In this document: positions 1 to 12,340 of the stretch, one piece after another
Layout of the letters: every line of letters begins with the position of its first letter
Position numbering within the stretch: position 1 is the first letter of the stretch
Assembly: GCF_006345805.1 (NCBI RefSeq)
Contig: NC_043003.1
Coordinates: forward strand, 9,982,001-10,046,000
Source: Octopus sinensis
Lineage: Eukaryota
Direction of reading: 5' to 3'
Length of the DNA: 64,000 nt
Translations under genes and position numbers: made by a program
The notes under the pieces: model-generated
The model's database searches: none
What the model was told of the DNA's origin: nothing
What the model saw: the letters and a program-made list of their open reading frames with translations, nothing else

Positions 1-186
1 GTAGCGGTTCGCCAACGAGATCGATAAAATGATGTAGCGGTTCGACAAACGAGATCAATAAAATGACTTAGCAGTTCGACAAACAAAATCGATAAAATGA
101 CGTAGCGGTTCTACCCACGAGATCGATAAAATGAAGTAGCGGTTCGCTAAAGGAGGTCGATAAAATGACGTAGCGTTTCTCCAAAC
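1..186. repeat. 34-bp tandem satellite, left segment (continues beyond window start)
   Basis: Diverged tandem monomers of consensus GATCGATAAAATGACGTAGCGGTTCGCCAAACGA, interrupted at about 187 by a LINE tail. Confidence 0.95.
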
Positions 187-1377
187 ATGTTAGTTAGTTA
201 GTTAGTTAGTTAATTTGGCTCAAAAGCAAATAGCAAGGCCATGTAGGGGGACATGGTGGTGTTCATGTAAAGAGTTCAGGCCACTTGAGGTCCAGGGAGG
301 CTTTGAACAAAGCGGTCGTCGGCATCTTCACCATCTCGTCTGGCAGCTTGTTCCACGGATCCGCAACCCGGACGGAGAAAGCTCCTCTCCTTCGATTGAG
401 ATGAAATCGTCGCAGGTAGAGATTTTCGGAATGACCCCGCAGCCGACGCTCCGGAGCAGGAGTGAAGAACAGCTCTTTCGAGAGGTTACACTTCCCGCTA
501 TGATGTTGTGGGCGAGAATGAGATCACCACGGCGGCGGCGTTTTTCAAGAGAATAAAGGTCGAGCGTCCTCAGCCTTTCTTCATAGGACAAATTTTTGAG
601 ACCATGAACCATGCGGGTAGCCAGCCTCTGGACTCTTTCGAGGTGCTGTATGTCTTTAAGGAGATAAGGAGAAGAGGCTTGAATCCCATACTCCAATATG
701 GGTCTCACCAGCGTGACATAGAGTGCAGGAATATGGCTGCTGTGAGCATTCCGATGACCGTCGAATCAAAAACAGAATTCCGCGCGCTTTGTTGGCAGCA
801 TGGACGCACTGGGCCGAAGGCGAAAAGGAGGAATCCACCAAGATACCCAGGTCCTTTACCTGATCGGTCCTCTCCAGCAGCAGACGACCCGGCTCGAAAT
901 CAAGTTGAGTTGCAGGAGTAGAGCCGACAAGCAGATGACAGCACTTTGACACGTTCAGACACAGGTCCCAATCGTTAGACCACTTCCAAATTTGGTGGAG
1001 GCATCGACGAAGATCCTCTATACTACCGCGAGGAGCGACCAGTTTGATATCGTCGGCAAATAGAAGGGTGTGTTGCGTGAGGTCGTCGGGCAAGTCATTT
1101 ATGAAGACTAAGAACAACAAGGGCCCAAGCACTGAACCTTGAGGCACGCCACTGCTCGCACTGGAGACGTCGGACCGCGAACCATTAACTTGAACTTGGA
1201 AGGAGCGATCTGAGAGGAAGGCACCAACCCATCGTACAATATCCGGATGGAAACTATATGCTTGAAGCTTGACAAGTAGTAGGCGGTGGTTTACCGAGTC
1301 AAAAGCTTTGGCAAAGTCCAATAAAACGATGTCAACAGCATCTCTATCATGACCGATGATATGATCTAGCTGTGCAG
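187..1377 (-). mobile_element. 5'-truncated CR1-type LINE (RT domain, C-terminus, 3'UTR, (TAAC)n tail) inserted in the satellite
   Basis: Minus strand encodes LDFAKAFDSVNH, SGVPQGSVLGPLLF, LFADDIKL, KDLGILVD, RPILEYG, LERVQRLATR, SLEKRRRRGDLI and a reconstructed FSVRVADPWNKLP; stop at 263-265; (TAAC)n tail at about 188-213; three single-base frameshifts. Confidence 0.95.
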
Positions 1378-2990
1378 CAAACGAGATCGATAAAATGACG
1401 TAGCGTTTCGCCAAACGAAATCGATAAAATGACATAGCGGTTCGCCAAACGAGATCGATAAAATGACTTAACGATTCGCTTAACATGATCGATAAAATGA
1501 CGTAGCGGATCGGCAAACAGATCAATAAAATGACGTGGTGGTTCGCCAAACGAGATTGATAAAATAACCTTGCGGTTCGACAAACAATATCGATTAAATG
1601 ACATGGCGGTTTGCCAAACAGGTTCGATAAAATGACGTAGCGGTTCGACAAACGAGATCGATAAAATGACCTAGCGTTTCGCTAAACAAGAGAGCGATAA
1701 AATGACGTAGCTGCTCGCTAAACGAGATCGATAAAAAATTTGCGGTTCGACAAACGAGATCGATTCGCTAAACAAGATACATAAAATAACTTAGCGTTTC
1801 GCCACCCAGATCGATAAAATGACATAGCGGTTCGCCAAACGAGATCGATAAAATGACTTAACGATTCGCTTAACATGATCGATAAAATGACGTAGCGGAT
1901 CGGCAAACAGATCAATAAAATGACGTGGTGGTTCGCCAAACGAGATTGATAAAATAACCTTGCGGTTCGACAAACAATATCGATTAAATGACATGGCGGT
2001 TTGCCAAACAGGTTCGATAAAATGACGTAGCGGTTCGACAAACGAGATCGATAAAATGACCTAGCGTTTCGCTAAACAAGAGAGCGATAAAATGACGTAG
2101 CTGCTCGCTAAACGAGATCGATAAAAAAATTTGCGGTTCGACAAACGAGATCGATTCGCTAAACAAGATACATAAAATAACTTAGCGTTTCGCCACCCAG
2201 ATCGATAAAATGACATAGCGGTTCGACAAACGAGATCGATAAAATGACGTATCGCTTCGCCAAAGGTGTTCGATAAAATGACTTAGCGTGTCACCAAACA
2301 TGATCAATAAAATGACTTAGCGGTTCGACAAACAAGATCGATAAATGACGTAGTGGTTCGCTAAATGATATCGAGAAAAAGATGTAGCGGTTCGACTAAT
2401 GAGACAATAAAACGACTTAACGATTCGCTAAACAAGCTCGATAAAATGAGATAGCGGATCGCTAAAGAAGATCGATAAAGTGACATTGTGTTTCGCCAAA
2501 CTTGATCGATATCTAGCGGTTCGGCAAACAAGATCGATAAAATAACTTTGCGGTTCGACAAACGATATCGATTAAATGATGTAGCGGTTCGCCAAACGGA
2601 ATCGATAAAATGATGTAGCGGTTCGACAAACAAGATCGATAAAATACATTAGCGGTTCGTCTAACGCGTTCGATAAAATGCATTAGCCGTTCGTCAAACG
2701 AGTTCGATAAAATGACGTAGCGGTTCGCCAACGAGATCGATAAAATGACATAGCGGTTCGCCAAACAAGATCGATAAAATAACCTAGCGTTTCGCGAAGA
2801 TCGTCTGATAAAATGACATAGCGGTTCGCTAAAGCAAATCGATAAAATGACTTAGCGTTTCACCAAACATGATCGATAAAATGACATAGCGTTTCGGCAA
2901 ACAGGATCGATAAATTGAATTAACTTTTCGCTGAACAAGATCGATAAAATGACTTAGCGTTTCGCCAAACAATATTGATAAAATGACTTG
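1378..2990. repeat. 34-bp tandem satellite, main segment, containing a 390-bp higher-order duplication
   Basis: About 47 monomers; block 1421-1810 is repeated nearly identically from 1811 (offset 390-391). Confidence 0.95.
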
Positions 2991-5199
2991 TCTATGGTGA
3001 ATGAGATTAAGGTAGCCTAACTAGATTTATAGCGAGTCACTTTTTGTCTTCGGATTCCTTAAACTACCGACGACAGAATCATTGCTTTTGTTAAGACCTT
3101 GGCCGAAACTAACTGATCGGAAAATATGAATTGTAGATCCCTTGTTTCTATATTTTCTTAGCCGAAATCTCTTCTCAGCCGTCGCGAGTAAGACGTCTTC
3201 CGTTCAACTCTTTGCAGGAGTCGTTTGCATATTACTGCATAGCTATGTAATGATCAAAGGAGAGATTAGCCAAGCTAGGCTATGAGACACCTATTTAACA
3301 CTCCGCATTTCTCGCCCGAAAACTAGGGCAGGCCGTCGAGGATGATGTTCAAGTCCTTTAACTGTTTGGTTGTGAACTTCAGTAACATAACAAAATTGTT
3401 ATCTTTTTCAGAAACGTATTTTGGAAATGCTATCTTTTTGCATTTGACTAGGAAATATTCAAGGCATCTTTATCTTTACATCTACATCGGTTGTCGTGGC
3501 ACCTCCCCCACCATCGCCACTGATTCTTCAAACGTCAAACACTGACATTTTCATTTTTAAAATATTAGACGTTTGTTTTTCAATTAAGACGAGTAGAATA
3601 TAACCGAATTAAAAACTTAGCGTAATGAATAGTAATTAAATAGTAAAATTACCTTCCTTTAGAGAGACAAAGATGTACGGTTTAAGAGAAAGACAAGACT
3701 AATGATGTTTCGAAGACGGCGTCGTTTATTTCAATGGTTATTGATATTGTGGTACTTCACATAAAAATACTGTCATCAGGACATAAAAGTAACGAGAAAC
3801 TAACGCATCACTGGTGATTAAAGAGACTGGAAAGTTAAGTAAAAGACTTTAAAAAATGCTTTAAACCAGCTGTTCTCAGTTTCCAATTCGTAGATTTATG
3901 GAATGAATACCAAACATTACAAAGATTTGAACAGACAATAATAGACAATTAAAGGATCACGGAATAATGTAAATTTCAAAAACAATGTAGAAGAAAAAAG
4001 ATTAAAATTGCTGACAGTAAAATAATTTTGACGAAGTAACATACGTCGATAAATGAAAGTAACTTGTCATGGTTTGTGTCTCGTTTTTTATTTTCGTTTT
4101 TTTTTTTTTGCAGATAAGACATATAAATGTCTAGACTGAATATAATAGTAGTGAATGCAATTGAAGAAATACAACAGAGTAGGACCATATATATGTCACA
4201 ATAAAACGTAATCAGGAAGACCAACATACTTTCAGATGACCTTTAAATGTAACAATGCCGTTCAGGGTTGCTGGCTTAAAAACGTGAAGATCATTGCTAC
4301 AAACTTAAGGTATTTTGTTAAATATTTATCAGTGGTTTTATTGGTTGATCTTGATGATCTGGACGAAGAAGATATGCCGTATCCGAGGCCGGTGAGAATC
4401 ATGTCAGTAACCTTCTTCTGTCGTTGTGATGGCGCCATGGATGGCAAACATAACTGTACTTATATTACAAAATAAGGTACAAGATACTGGAAGGAGAGTA
4501 AAGAAATAATGATGTTCTATTACTCAGTCTTATATCAGTCCTGACTGGGCAGGCCTATAATCAAAGGCATCTCAAGTCTTTACTTTCTGTCTTTTGTCTT
4601 AACATGATAGAGTATGATTTTAAATCATTTTGGCTGGCAGTAACTCCGTCGTTAGCTCGTAAGCTTCTACATAATCACAGTTTTATAAACTGCTGGCATG
4701 ATAGTCAGTTGATGTATTATATGGCCTCGTTTGAATAGACTTGTAGATACATCAGATAATACATCGTGTAGAGTATATTAAAAGTAAAATACGTTAGGAA
4801 GTGAGTTATACAAATTACGAACGAGATTAATGGCTTTCCAAACGCCATATGATATGTGCCTAATTCCTGGGTCCCGATTAGTTCCGAAGTATTTTGTATC
4901 AAAGATGGAGTATGAAAATAATCCTGGTGAAATAAAGGCCAAGGTGCCTTTAGTGGAATTGAGATTGAAAAAGTATTAAAAGAAATATTAAAAGATGATA
5001 AAAGAATTAGAAAAAGAGATTAAAATCAGTATTAAAAATAATATATTCCGAGGAAGGTCTATTATCTTGATTTCACTTTTATTGCTTTGATCTCCTACCT
5101 TGTAAATTAGAAACACGAAAACCAATCAATCAAAGAGACGAAACTAATAAAGCCAATTGCTTAATGTTCATGAATGATACGGACATTAGATAGAAGATG

Positions 5200-6600
5200 G
5201 CTTCTTTGATGCCATCCTTTAAAATTATTTACAGTGGTGATGCTATTTGCGGGTTGATATTCACAAGTGTATAACGCCTTTTATTATGGACTTGAGGGAA
5301 AAGGTCGATGTCCACGGTTCTTATCAAGACTCAAAGACTGGTTATAGGAAGTGAAGAAATTATCCTCAAGACGAACATATTACATGACTCGAATGATTGC
5401 ACAAGAATGAACTCAGCTAAAGACCCCAAGGGTCAAATGGTAATATTAATAACTGCAACGGAGACCAGTTTCTGAGTACAATCCTGATAGAACAGAATAA
5501 AGAGATATTATAAAGAAGACGGGTAATTGATATAAATAACTGGTAAGTTTGGAGAATACGCATGGAAGTTCAGTGAGGTTTTGAAAACCAAATATGAAAA
5601 AAATAGCATTAAGTATAGTTAAATGTGGGTAATGAATATATTAAGATGTTTTGCAGGCTGTCTTTACTGAAATAAATTGCCAAAATTGACAGACACAGCA
5701 AAAACGCTGTTAATAATGTACGTCGAAGAAGTGTTAATAGATGTCATATAGAATGAATGTTATATAAGAGGTAACTAGATAACTGTGTAACGAAACACAA
5801 AGTAGATTTATCAATTATAGAACTAGAAAGATATGGTAAAAAGAGTAGACGTACATAAAAACATCTGTATAGGAAGATGCGAGATCGATACAGTGAAGAA
5901 TAGAATGATTAGAATGGATATATATGGAGATAAAAGATGCAGTAGATGAAAAACTGGCAAGAAAAATTGTCACATTGACATTACGTCTGCTAAACAAAAT
6001 ATTTGAGAGACTAACAATAGGTTTCACTGAGGGATGGATGATAAAAGAGTTACTCATTTGTTAAGAAGTGTAGGGTTAGATAAACAATATAGCCAAGCGT
6101 CTAGTATGTTAACAAAGCGAGATAACATAAAAAGAACAACATTTTCCTGTGTGATCAAGAAACGATGCGTTGATGCTATTTGTAAATTTAAATTCAAAAT
6201 GGATGAAATCTCGTCTCATGGACAGTCAGAAGATGTTGGAAATGATTATTGAATGACAGGATTTCTCTGTACAAGTATCCGGATAAAAGATCATATATAT
6301 TACGCATAAATCAAATAAATGGGGATAAGAACGACCGTATGATATAGTCATATAGATCGCATATCATTCCAATTACGTAGGAAAAGAAGATGTAAAAAAA
6401 CTTGATACATTATAAGAGCTAAATCGTTGAACTTAAGAATCATCAATGGATCCAGTATTTTCAGATGAATGCGGAGAGAACTACCAATGAGAAGTGCACA
6501 ATAGATGGACGAACATTAAATTTAAGACCTATGAAGACCCAGGCTGCAGAAAAACGATCGCACTTACTTTTCAGGAATCCTTCTCAGATTCGTTGTAAAG
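5200..6600 (+). mobile_element. Highly decayed R4/Dong-like non-LTR retrotransposon remnant
   Basis: Manual translation gives residual matches to R4/Dong motifs in the expected order: ILRCFAG..KLTDTAKTLLIMY (about 5640-5720), WQEKLSH*HY (about 5955-5985) and a terminal LQK..-like segment near 6545. Many stops and frameshifts; boundaries uncertain. Confidence 0.4.
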
Positions 6601-6638
6601 TGAAGAAACATTTTTGTGACGATATTTTATCATATTAA

Positions 6639-6839
6639 GGTGGTGAGGTGGCAGAAACGTCAGCACGTCGGGCGAAATGCTTAGCAGCCTTTACGTTCTG
6701 AGTTCAAATTCCGCCGAGGTCGACTTTGCCTTTTATCCTTTCGAAGTCGATGAATTAAGTACCAGTTGCCTAGTGGAGTCGATCTAATCGCCTGGCCCTC
6801 TCCCGAAAAATTTTGGGCCTTGTGTCTAGAGTAGAAAAG
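6639..6839 (+). mobile_element. tRNA-derived SINE family A, tail type 2
   Basis: Head GGTGGTGAGGTGGCAGAAACG, B-box-like GAGTTCAAATTCC, tail GGCCTTGTGTCTAGAGTAGAAAAG; direct repeat ATATTTTATCAT at 6622-6633 and 6841-6852. Confidence 0.9.
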
Positions 6840-7106
6840 TATATTTTATCATTTTTTTTACTGATGAAACTAGTATATATGCCATGGACATCAAAGAAGT
6901 TAGAACGCAATATCGACTGCAACAAAATTTGAATTGAGAGTGTAAGAATGACATAGAATACCATACAAAATTTTGTCTGCGTTTTAGCGACCCTGTTAAA
7001 CACCAACCATGGCAATAATGATAATGGGACAACACATTAAATATAAGTGGGGGGGTAACATAATCGATTTAACCAAACGCTGTATCTGAATTCTGCTTAT
7101 TCTATA

Positions 7107-7107
7107 A

Positions 7108-7140
<33 letters not shown>

Positions 7141-7255
7141 GCGGCAGCGGTGGCAGTGGCGGTGGTGGTGGTGGTGGTGTTGGTGGTGGTGGTGGTGGCA
7201 TCGTGGATGTCGGTGTTGATGCTCTTGCTGATGATGATGATGGCGAAGATGATAG
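7107..7255. repeat. Compound (GAT)n/(GGT)n microsatellite
   Basis: Direct reading. Confidence 0.95.
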
Positions 7256-7259
7256 TGGT

Positions 7260-7930
7260 AAAAATTGTAGTATAGAGAACGAAAGACTTTTAAATGAAAT
7301 GTCAAACGTTTATGGCACGAAATTGAAACCAGAAGCGATAGAACGGCAAAAGAAAAGCGCTAATGTTGAATACTTCATGGCTTTAAGAGAAAGAATCTTC
7401 TTCCGAAAAAATTTGGTAGCACAGTATAACTGCGAAACATGGTGAAAATGAAAAGAAATCTTGTTTCAGTCGAGTATTTGTAAATATATTGTATATTGAC
7501 TGCAGACTGAGAATTTAATTAACACTTGTAATTCCAATAATTTATTTCTTGACTTGGATTTTTCAAGCTGATTTCTTTATCGAAGTCAATACGCTAACAT
7601 CTATAGGAGTTCAAGATAAAAATCTGTGAAATTAGTCATTGATCTTTAAATATTTTACCCAAGGCTGGTGTCTGCGACGTCAAAGCTTTAACTAAATTGG
7701 TTTAAGTCTCAGCGGATCGATTTCGTTGAAGTAAATTAATATTGCATTTCAAGTGCGGCGTTCGTTCCAGTATTTCTACCGGAAGCTAATGGACGATTTT
7801 AAAAGGGTGTCGGATCATGCAAAGTAAACTGCCACTAAGAGAGGACATTTTAGTTTCAAGAAACATTAACTTCAGATAAAGTCATTATCGACACACAAAA
7901 TTGACAAATTTATTCCGAACATCCGGTATA
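7260..7930 (+). mobile_element. Degenerate Tc1/mariner remnant
   Basis: Residual FTQG..SATSKL*LNWFKSQRIDFVEVN and C-terminal KRGHF; right end TTATTCCGAACATCCGG followed by TA resembles a Tc1/mariner TIR. Confidence 0.4.
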
Positions 7931-8013
7931 AATGTACATGTGTGAATGTATTTGCGTTTGTGTGTGCGTGTTTGTGTGTGTGAATATATGTATATATATA
8001 TATATGCATGTCA

Positions 8014-8059
<46 letters not shown>

Positions 8060-8869
8060 ATGTATCTTAATATATAAAACTACACCTCTTTTATTGTTGC
8101 ATTTCTTTATTCCTTTGTGTGTTCTAGCATAAATGCTGTGACCAGACTGTGGCATCGCCAATGGTTAATACATATTCAAACGGTCCGTTTATAGGGTTAA
8201 AACATATCTATATGCTAATGGAGTGATAATAGGTGTTTCAACTTAAGATTCTTCTAAGAAGAAATTATGCAGCCGATATAATCTGTTCCATAATTTTACA
8301 GATAGTTATGCAGACAATATTGTGTTGGCTGAAATCTGAAATAGTAGCTCAGTCATGTCGATAACGTAATGCATACATGCAAATGGTGCATGTAGCTGTT
8401 CTTTGAAAACAGGAAACCATTCGTCATATATGCTTCGAACACTAACAGCCAAAACAAAAATTGAAAACCATTTCAACATACGTCAGCGTGTCTTACGAGG
8501 AATCGCCCTTGAATGTAATTTACAACTATTTAATTCAAAGCACAATTATATTAATGTATGGCAACAAACTTAATGTAGATAAAATGCACAAAATTTAGAT
8601 GCAAATGTTGTATAGAGCCGTTTTGTTTTTCTAAAAAGTCGAGGCATAAAAATAACAGAGGAATGTTGAACACCAGATCACTATTTTAGTGGCCCTTACT
8701 TTGATACAGATAGCTTTCTGCAGTTAAAAGCAGAACTATATTAATGTCTAACAGCAAAATCTTTTGAGCTAGAGTAATACATTCACAACATATACTACGA
8801 TATATGTTCTATTGTCTTAAAGAGCAGTAAACGTAAGACCGTATATTATTTACGTTTCATTTGTTATAA

Positions 8870-9200
8870 GATTTAACTGCTTTTCTTACTTTTCGTTATA
8901 GTACACCATAAATGCCGCTGCTATTTCCTCAGGTAAACCATAGGTCTGTAGAATTTTCTACCATTTTACCATAGTAGATAGAGTCAAATGCCTTTCAGAA
9001 ATCAGCAAACAGTAATACTGCTTCAACTTTAATGGCTTTTACTCCTCCTAGTAAACGGCGAACCGTAAGTATTTGTTAGTTTTCCTGAAACCTCAACTGA
9101 TGCAGGAAGGATATGTACGGCATGTGCAGATTAAAGATGTCCCAGAAAACTCAACCAGATAGCGGCAAAAGAGTCACTACCTTAATAGCATCTGGTATAC
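8870..9200 (-). mobile_element. RTE-clade LINE RT fragment (pseudogenised)
   Basis: Minus strand reads QILTVRRLLGGVKAIKVEAVLLFADF*KAFDSI, then YGLPEEIAAAFMVYY. Confidence 0.8.
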
Positions 9201-9224
9201 AGAGAGAGAGAAAATATGTTTGTA

Positions 9225-9670
9225 TCAGGTCATCCCCTAAGTTCTGTCTGAATTTTGAATAAAGAAAACAAGTGATGAAATGTTATATTTAATTGAAATT
9301 TAATCATCAATGTACTTTCCCTGATTATCTAAGACTTCCTTCCATCTATTTAAAAGCTTTTTAATCCCATCAATGTAAAACTCTTTTGGTTTCAAAGCGA
9401 GGAACTCTGAAATGTCAGTTTCGACCTCCTCCTGGTTAGCGAAAGTTATGTCCCCCAAATGATTCTGTAAACTACGAAACAAATAATAATCTGAAAGAGC
9501 AAGGTCGGGAGAAAAAGATAAATGAGGAATTTTTTCCCAACCAAGTTCTTCGATCTTCTGTGATGTGATCTTTGCAGTATGGGGTCGCGCATTGTCCTGA
9601 TGAAACATCACCTCTTTTTGATTCACTAAAGCGGGCTCTTTTTCCTTCAAACCCTGGTTTGAAGGGAAAA
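9225..9670 (-). mobile_element. mariner (DD34D) transposon 3' fragment with one TIR
   Basis: ORF 9300-9677: HQDNARPH..SPDLALSDY with 34 residues between the last two catalytic D; TA then TCAGGTCATCCCCTAAGTTCTG at 9223 onward. Confidence 0.92.
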
Positions 9671-9689
9671 AAATCAATATTTATGGATA

Positions 9690-10070
9690 TAGGCGTAGGC
9701 ATGGCTAAAGACGACAAAAGGAGGCCGTGTGGTTTAGGAAGTTCGATATGCGACCGAATCCGTGGTCAGTCCCTCTGTGCAGCAGTATAGGCAAGTGCTT
9801 GTTGCTATAGGCACGGAGCGGCAAATGCCGGAAATGCAATGAAGCCCGTAGTATCTGTGAGTGCCATTGTGTTTGTGTTTTGCTCCCCTCCCATTGCTTA
9901 GCAACCGTTCATGGTTTGTTTAGCAAAAGAGACCGATAGAATAAGTACCAGATATATAACAGCAAGTAAGGGAGCTTATTTCATTTTTACTATAACCCTT
10001 TTAATGCAGTGCCCCAGCATGGCCGCAGTCCAATGATTGAAAGTATTGAAAGATATGAGGTAAAAGATAT
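9690..10070 (+). mobile_element. Degenerate SINE family B copy
   Basis: Contains GCAAAAGAGACCGATAGAATAAGTAC and 3' GTGCCCCAGCATGGCCGCAGTCCAATGATTGAAA. Confidence 0.7.
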
Positions 10071-10724
10071 GAAAAAATATCTATAAAAATATCTATAAAA
10101 CTAAACACACACCCTATGAATACAACTACTAACATACTTGCACCTTAATAAGGATTATTCATCTTTACACCAATGATTTTTACATGACTGTAAAAAGAAA
10201 TAGCTTAAATGATGCGATGAATATTCTGATCATTCTATAAAAATTTATTATCCGCTGCTACTCTGTACAAAGGAATTAAACAGCTAATGTGTTCGTTACA
10301 CCAAATATTAAGGGATTTCATGCAAAGCAACATTCGAAACATACAGCTTATACAATTTAGATTGGCAGCAAAAGAATATAATTATTATGGAAATTGTTTT
10401 AGGAAACCAATATTTTGCAATGCTTCATAGAAACCGTATTACTCTGATGTAATTATTGTAATAATTTTCTCTGTAGATAAATGCTGATCCAAATGTCACG
10501 GAAGCATTTGCTTTATATTATAAATTCTTTCAAATAATAATGATTTCTAACAGACACAAAGCCATCTATTTCAGGCTATTATGATATAATCGATTATATC
10601 GAACCCAGTATTTTATAGATTGTAATATTATTGATTCCAGAATAGGGAAAGAACTTGTCATCGACAGCATAATGCTCTACCAAATCCGTAAGTGTATATA
10701 ATGTTTTTTATATTTTCCCTGCAG

Positions 10725-10955
10725 GTATGGGTGTTTGGTTAAGAAGCTTGTACTTTTGCGTTCAGTTCTGCAGTGCGGCAGTACTTTTGGCGAGTATCTT
10801 CTACTGAGGTCCTAGTTAAAGCAATGTCTTGCGGGTGAATTTGGTACACAGGAAACTGTGCTAAAGCCCGTCGTATATATATATATATATAGATGTGTTC
10901 GTGCCTGTTTTGTGTGTGAGTGTGAGTGTGTGTGTTTGTGTGTGTGTATGTGTGT

Positions 10956-10990
<35 letters not shown>
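10725..10990 (+). mobile_element. Degenerate SINE B 5' part running into (TA)n/(GT)n
   Basis: GAATTTGGTACACAGGAAACTG..AAAGCCCGTCGTATATAT matches the SINE B middle segment. Confidence 0.55.
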
Positions 10991-10994
<4 letters not shown>

Positions 10995-10995
<1 letters not shown>

Positions 10996-12340
10996 GGGAG
11001 AGATGCCCGGAAGCCGCAAGCGCAACAGAGAGAGGCAGAAGAGGAAAAGATGGAAGATTAAGAAGAATGGGAAACCAATGGTAAAAGGAAGAAGAGCAAA
11101 AGAAACAAGGCAAGAGATAATGAACCCCATCCCACCCCAGCATCACCCACATCCTCCTCGTCCCACCCTTTCCCTGCAGGAACAAAACCTACTCACTCCC
11201 CACCAACAAGAAAACAAAAAAGAAAGACACACACAACAACTTACAAAATTCCCGTCTCGCTTTAGGTTTATTAGACAAGGAAGACGAAGACCTGTTGGAA
11301 ATATTGAGGGACTGGGTTGAAGTCAAATTGCCGGATAGTTGGGATGAGAAGGTGTGTATGGGGGTGCTTTTAACGGGAACTCAAGTGAAAGAACTGGAAA
11401 ATGAACTGAGCAATGTTTTTTTTTTTGTTAGTAAGAAAGGAAATAGAGCCGGACAAGAAAAAAGAACTGGAAAAACAGTACGGGGTGAAAATATGAGACT
11501 ATGTATTTTCCGAAAGACTTTAAGCAGAGGACCTAGGAAAAGAAGACAGGTAAGTGATGTTATCCGATGGGGCGGATAACATTTCATCTTTCATTTTCAC
11601 CCCCTCATTTTTATCATACGTTTTTTGGGGGACATTTTATGTCCCCAATGCGTTGTATGATTTTTATCTTTGTCAGCCCGTCCTGGGTAATAAAGAAATT
11701 GCGTGTCTCCTGTTTCCTGTTTATCCTGATGAGGGGGGAGGGCCATCGACGTATTGCACTTTAGTGTAAATAAAATGCGGTGGTGAGCTCCCGAAATGGC
11801 CATAAATATACGTGAATGTTGAATTTGACCTGTGAAATCTGCTCATTATGAATTTTTGGATGTACTTATGTGGAGGGAGTAAAATACTTTTTTCAAGATG
11901 TATGTGAATTTGAGATGTGGAAGTCTGTCTACGTATGAACTTTGGACATACTTGTATGAGAGAAGTAAAAGACTTTTTTCAAATATTTTTTCAAATATTT
12001 AAAAAAGAATTTTTTTTTAATTAAAAAAAATATTTTAATCGTCTGATAAAACTTTTTTAGTCGGTGGATATTTATTTTATTTTTATTATACCTTTACTTA
12101 TTCTATATTTTTATATTAGTTTTTTTTTTGTAGTTTTTGAATTTTTAGCCGTTTATATTTCACATTTTTTATTGGCCGTTTTATTTGTATTTTATTCGAT
12201 TATATACATTTTACCTTCTGTGATTTTATGTATATGTATTTTTATGTGTTTGTGAACCATGGTGATTTTTATATATGATTAAATGTTTGAGGAGTGGTAT
12301 TGTATATAAAGTCGTCGACCCAAGGTTAATGCTTGTTCTA
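10995..12340 (+). mobile_element. Possible non-LTR (Tx1/L1-like) ORF1 remnant with T-rich 3' region
   Basis: Protein-like but broken frames (EEEKMED*EEWETNGKRKKSKR; DLLEILRDWVEVKLPDSWDEKVCMGVLL; EIEPDKKKELEKQYGVKI) followed by a T-rich tract. Family assignment is a guess. Confidence 0.3.

Noticed and set aside
188-213. Interstitial telomere repeat
   Set aside because: The unit is TTAG, not TTAGGG, and it sits exactly at the LINE 3' end as its tail.
656-1651. 331-aa ORF as a novel repeat-domain/RT fusion protein
   Set aside because: The first 95 or so residues are satellite read in frame into a 5'-truncated RT, and the C-terminus is out of frame. It is a chance junction product.
1-2990. CRISPR-like array
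   Set aside because: Monomers are directly adjacent with no unique spacers, there are no cas genes, and the context is eukaryotic.
1378-2990. CENP-B box in the satellite monomer
   Set aside because: TTCG-N4-A matches but the required CGGG does not (AGAT here); too weak to claim.
4217-4245. U3 snoRNA-like 5' end (AAGACC..ATACTTTCAG)
   Set aside because: Only a short partial match; no downstream U3 boxes recognised.
3976-4447. Hydrophobic minus-strand ORFs as a GPCR or membrane protein
   Set aside because: No receptor motifs; hydrophobicity follows from T-rich composition, and neighbouring frames are full of stops.
11720-11760. CTGATGAG as a hammerhead core
   Set aside because: No stem II closed by GAAA and no stem I or III partner follows.
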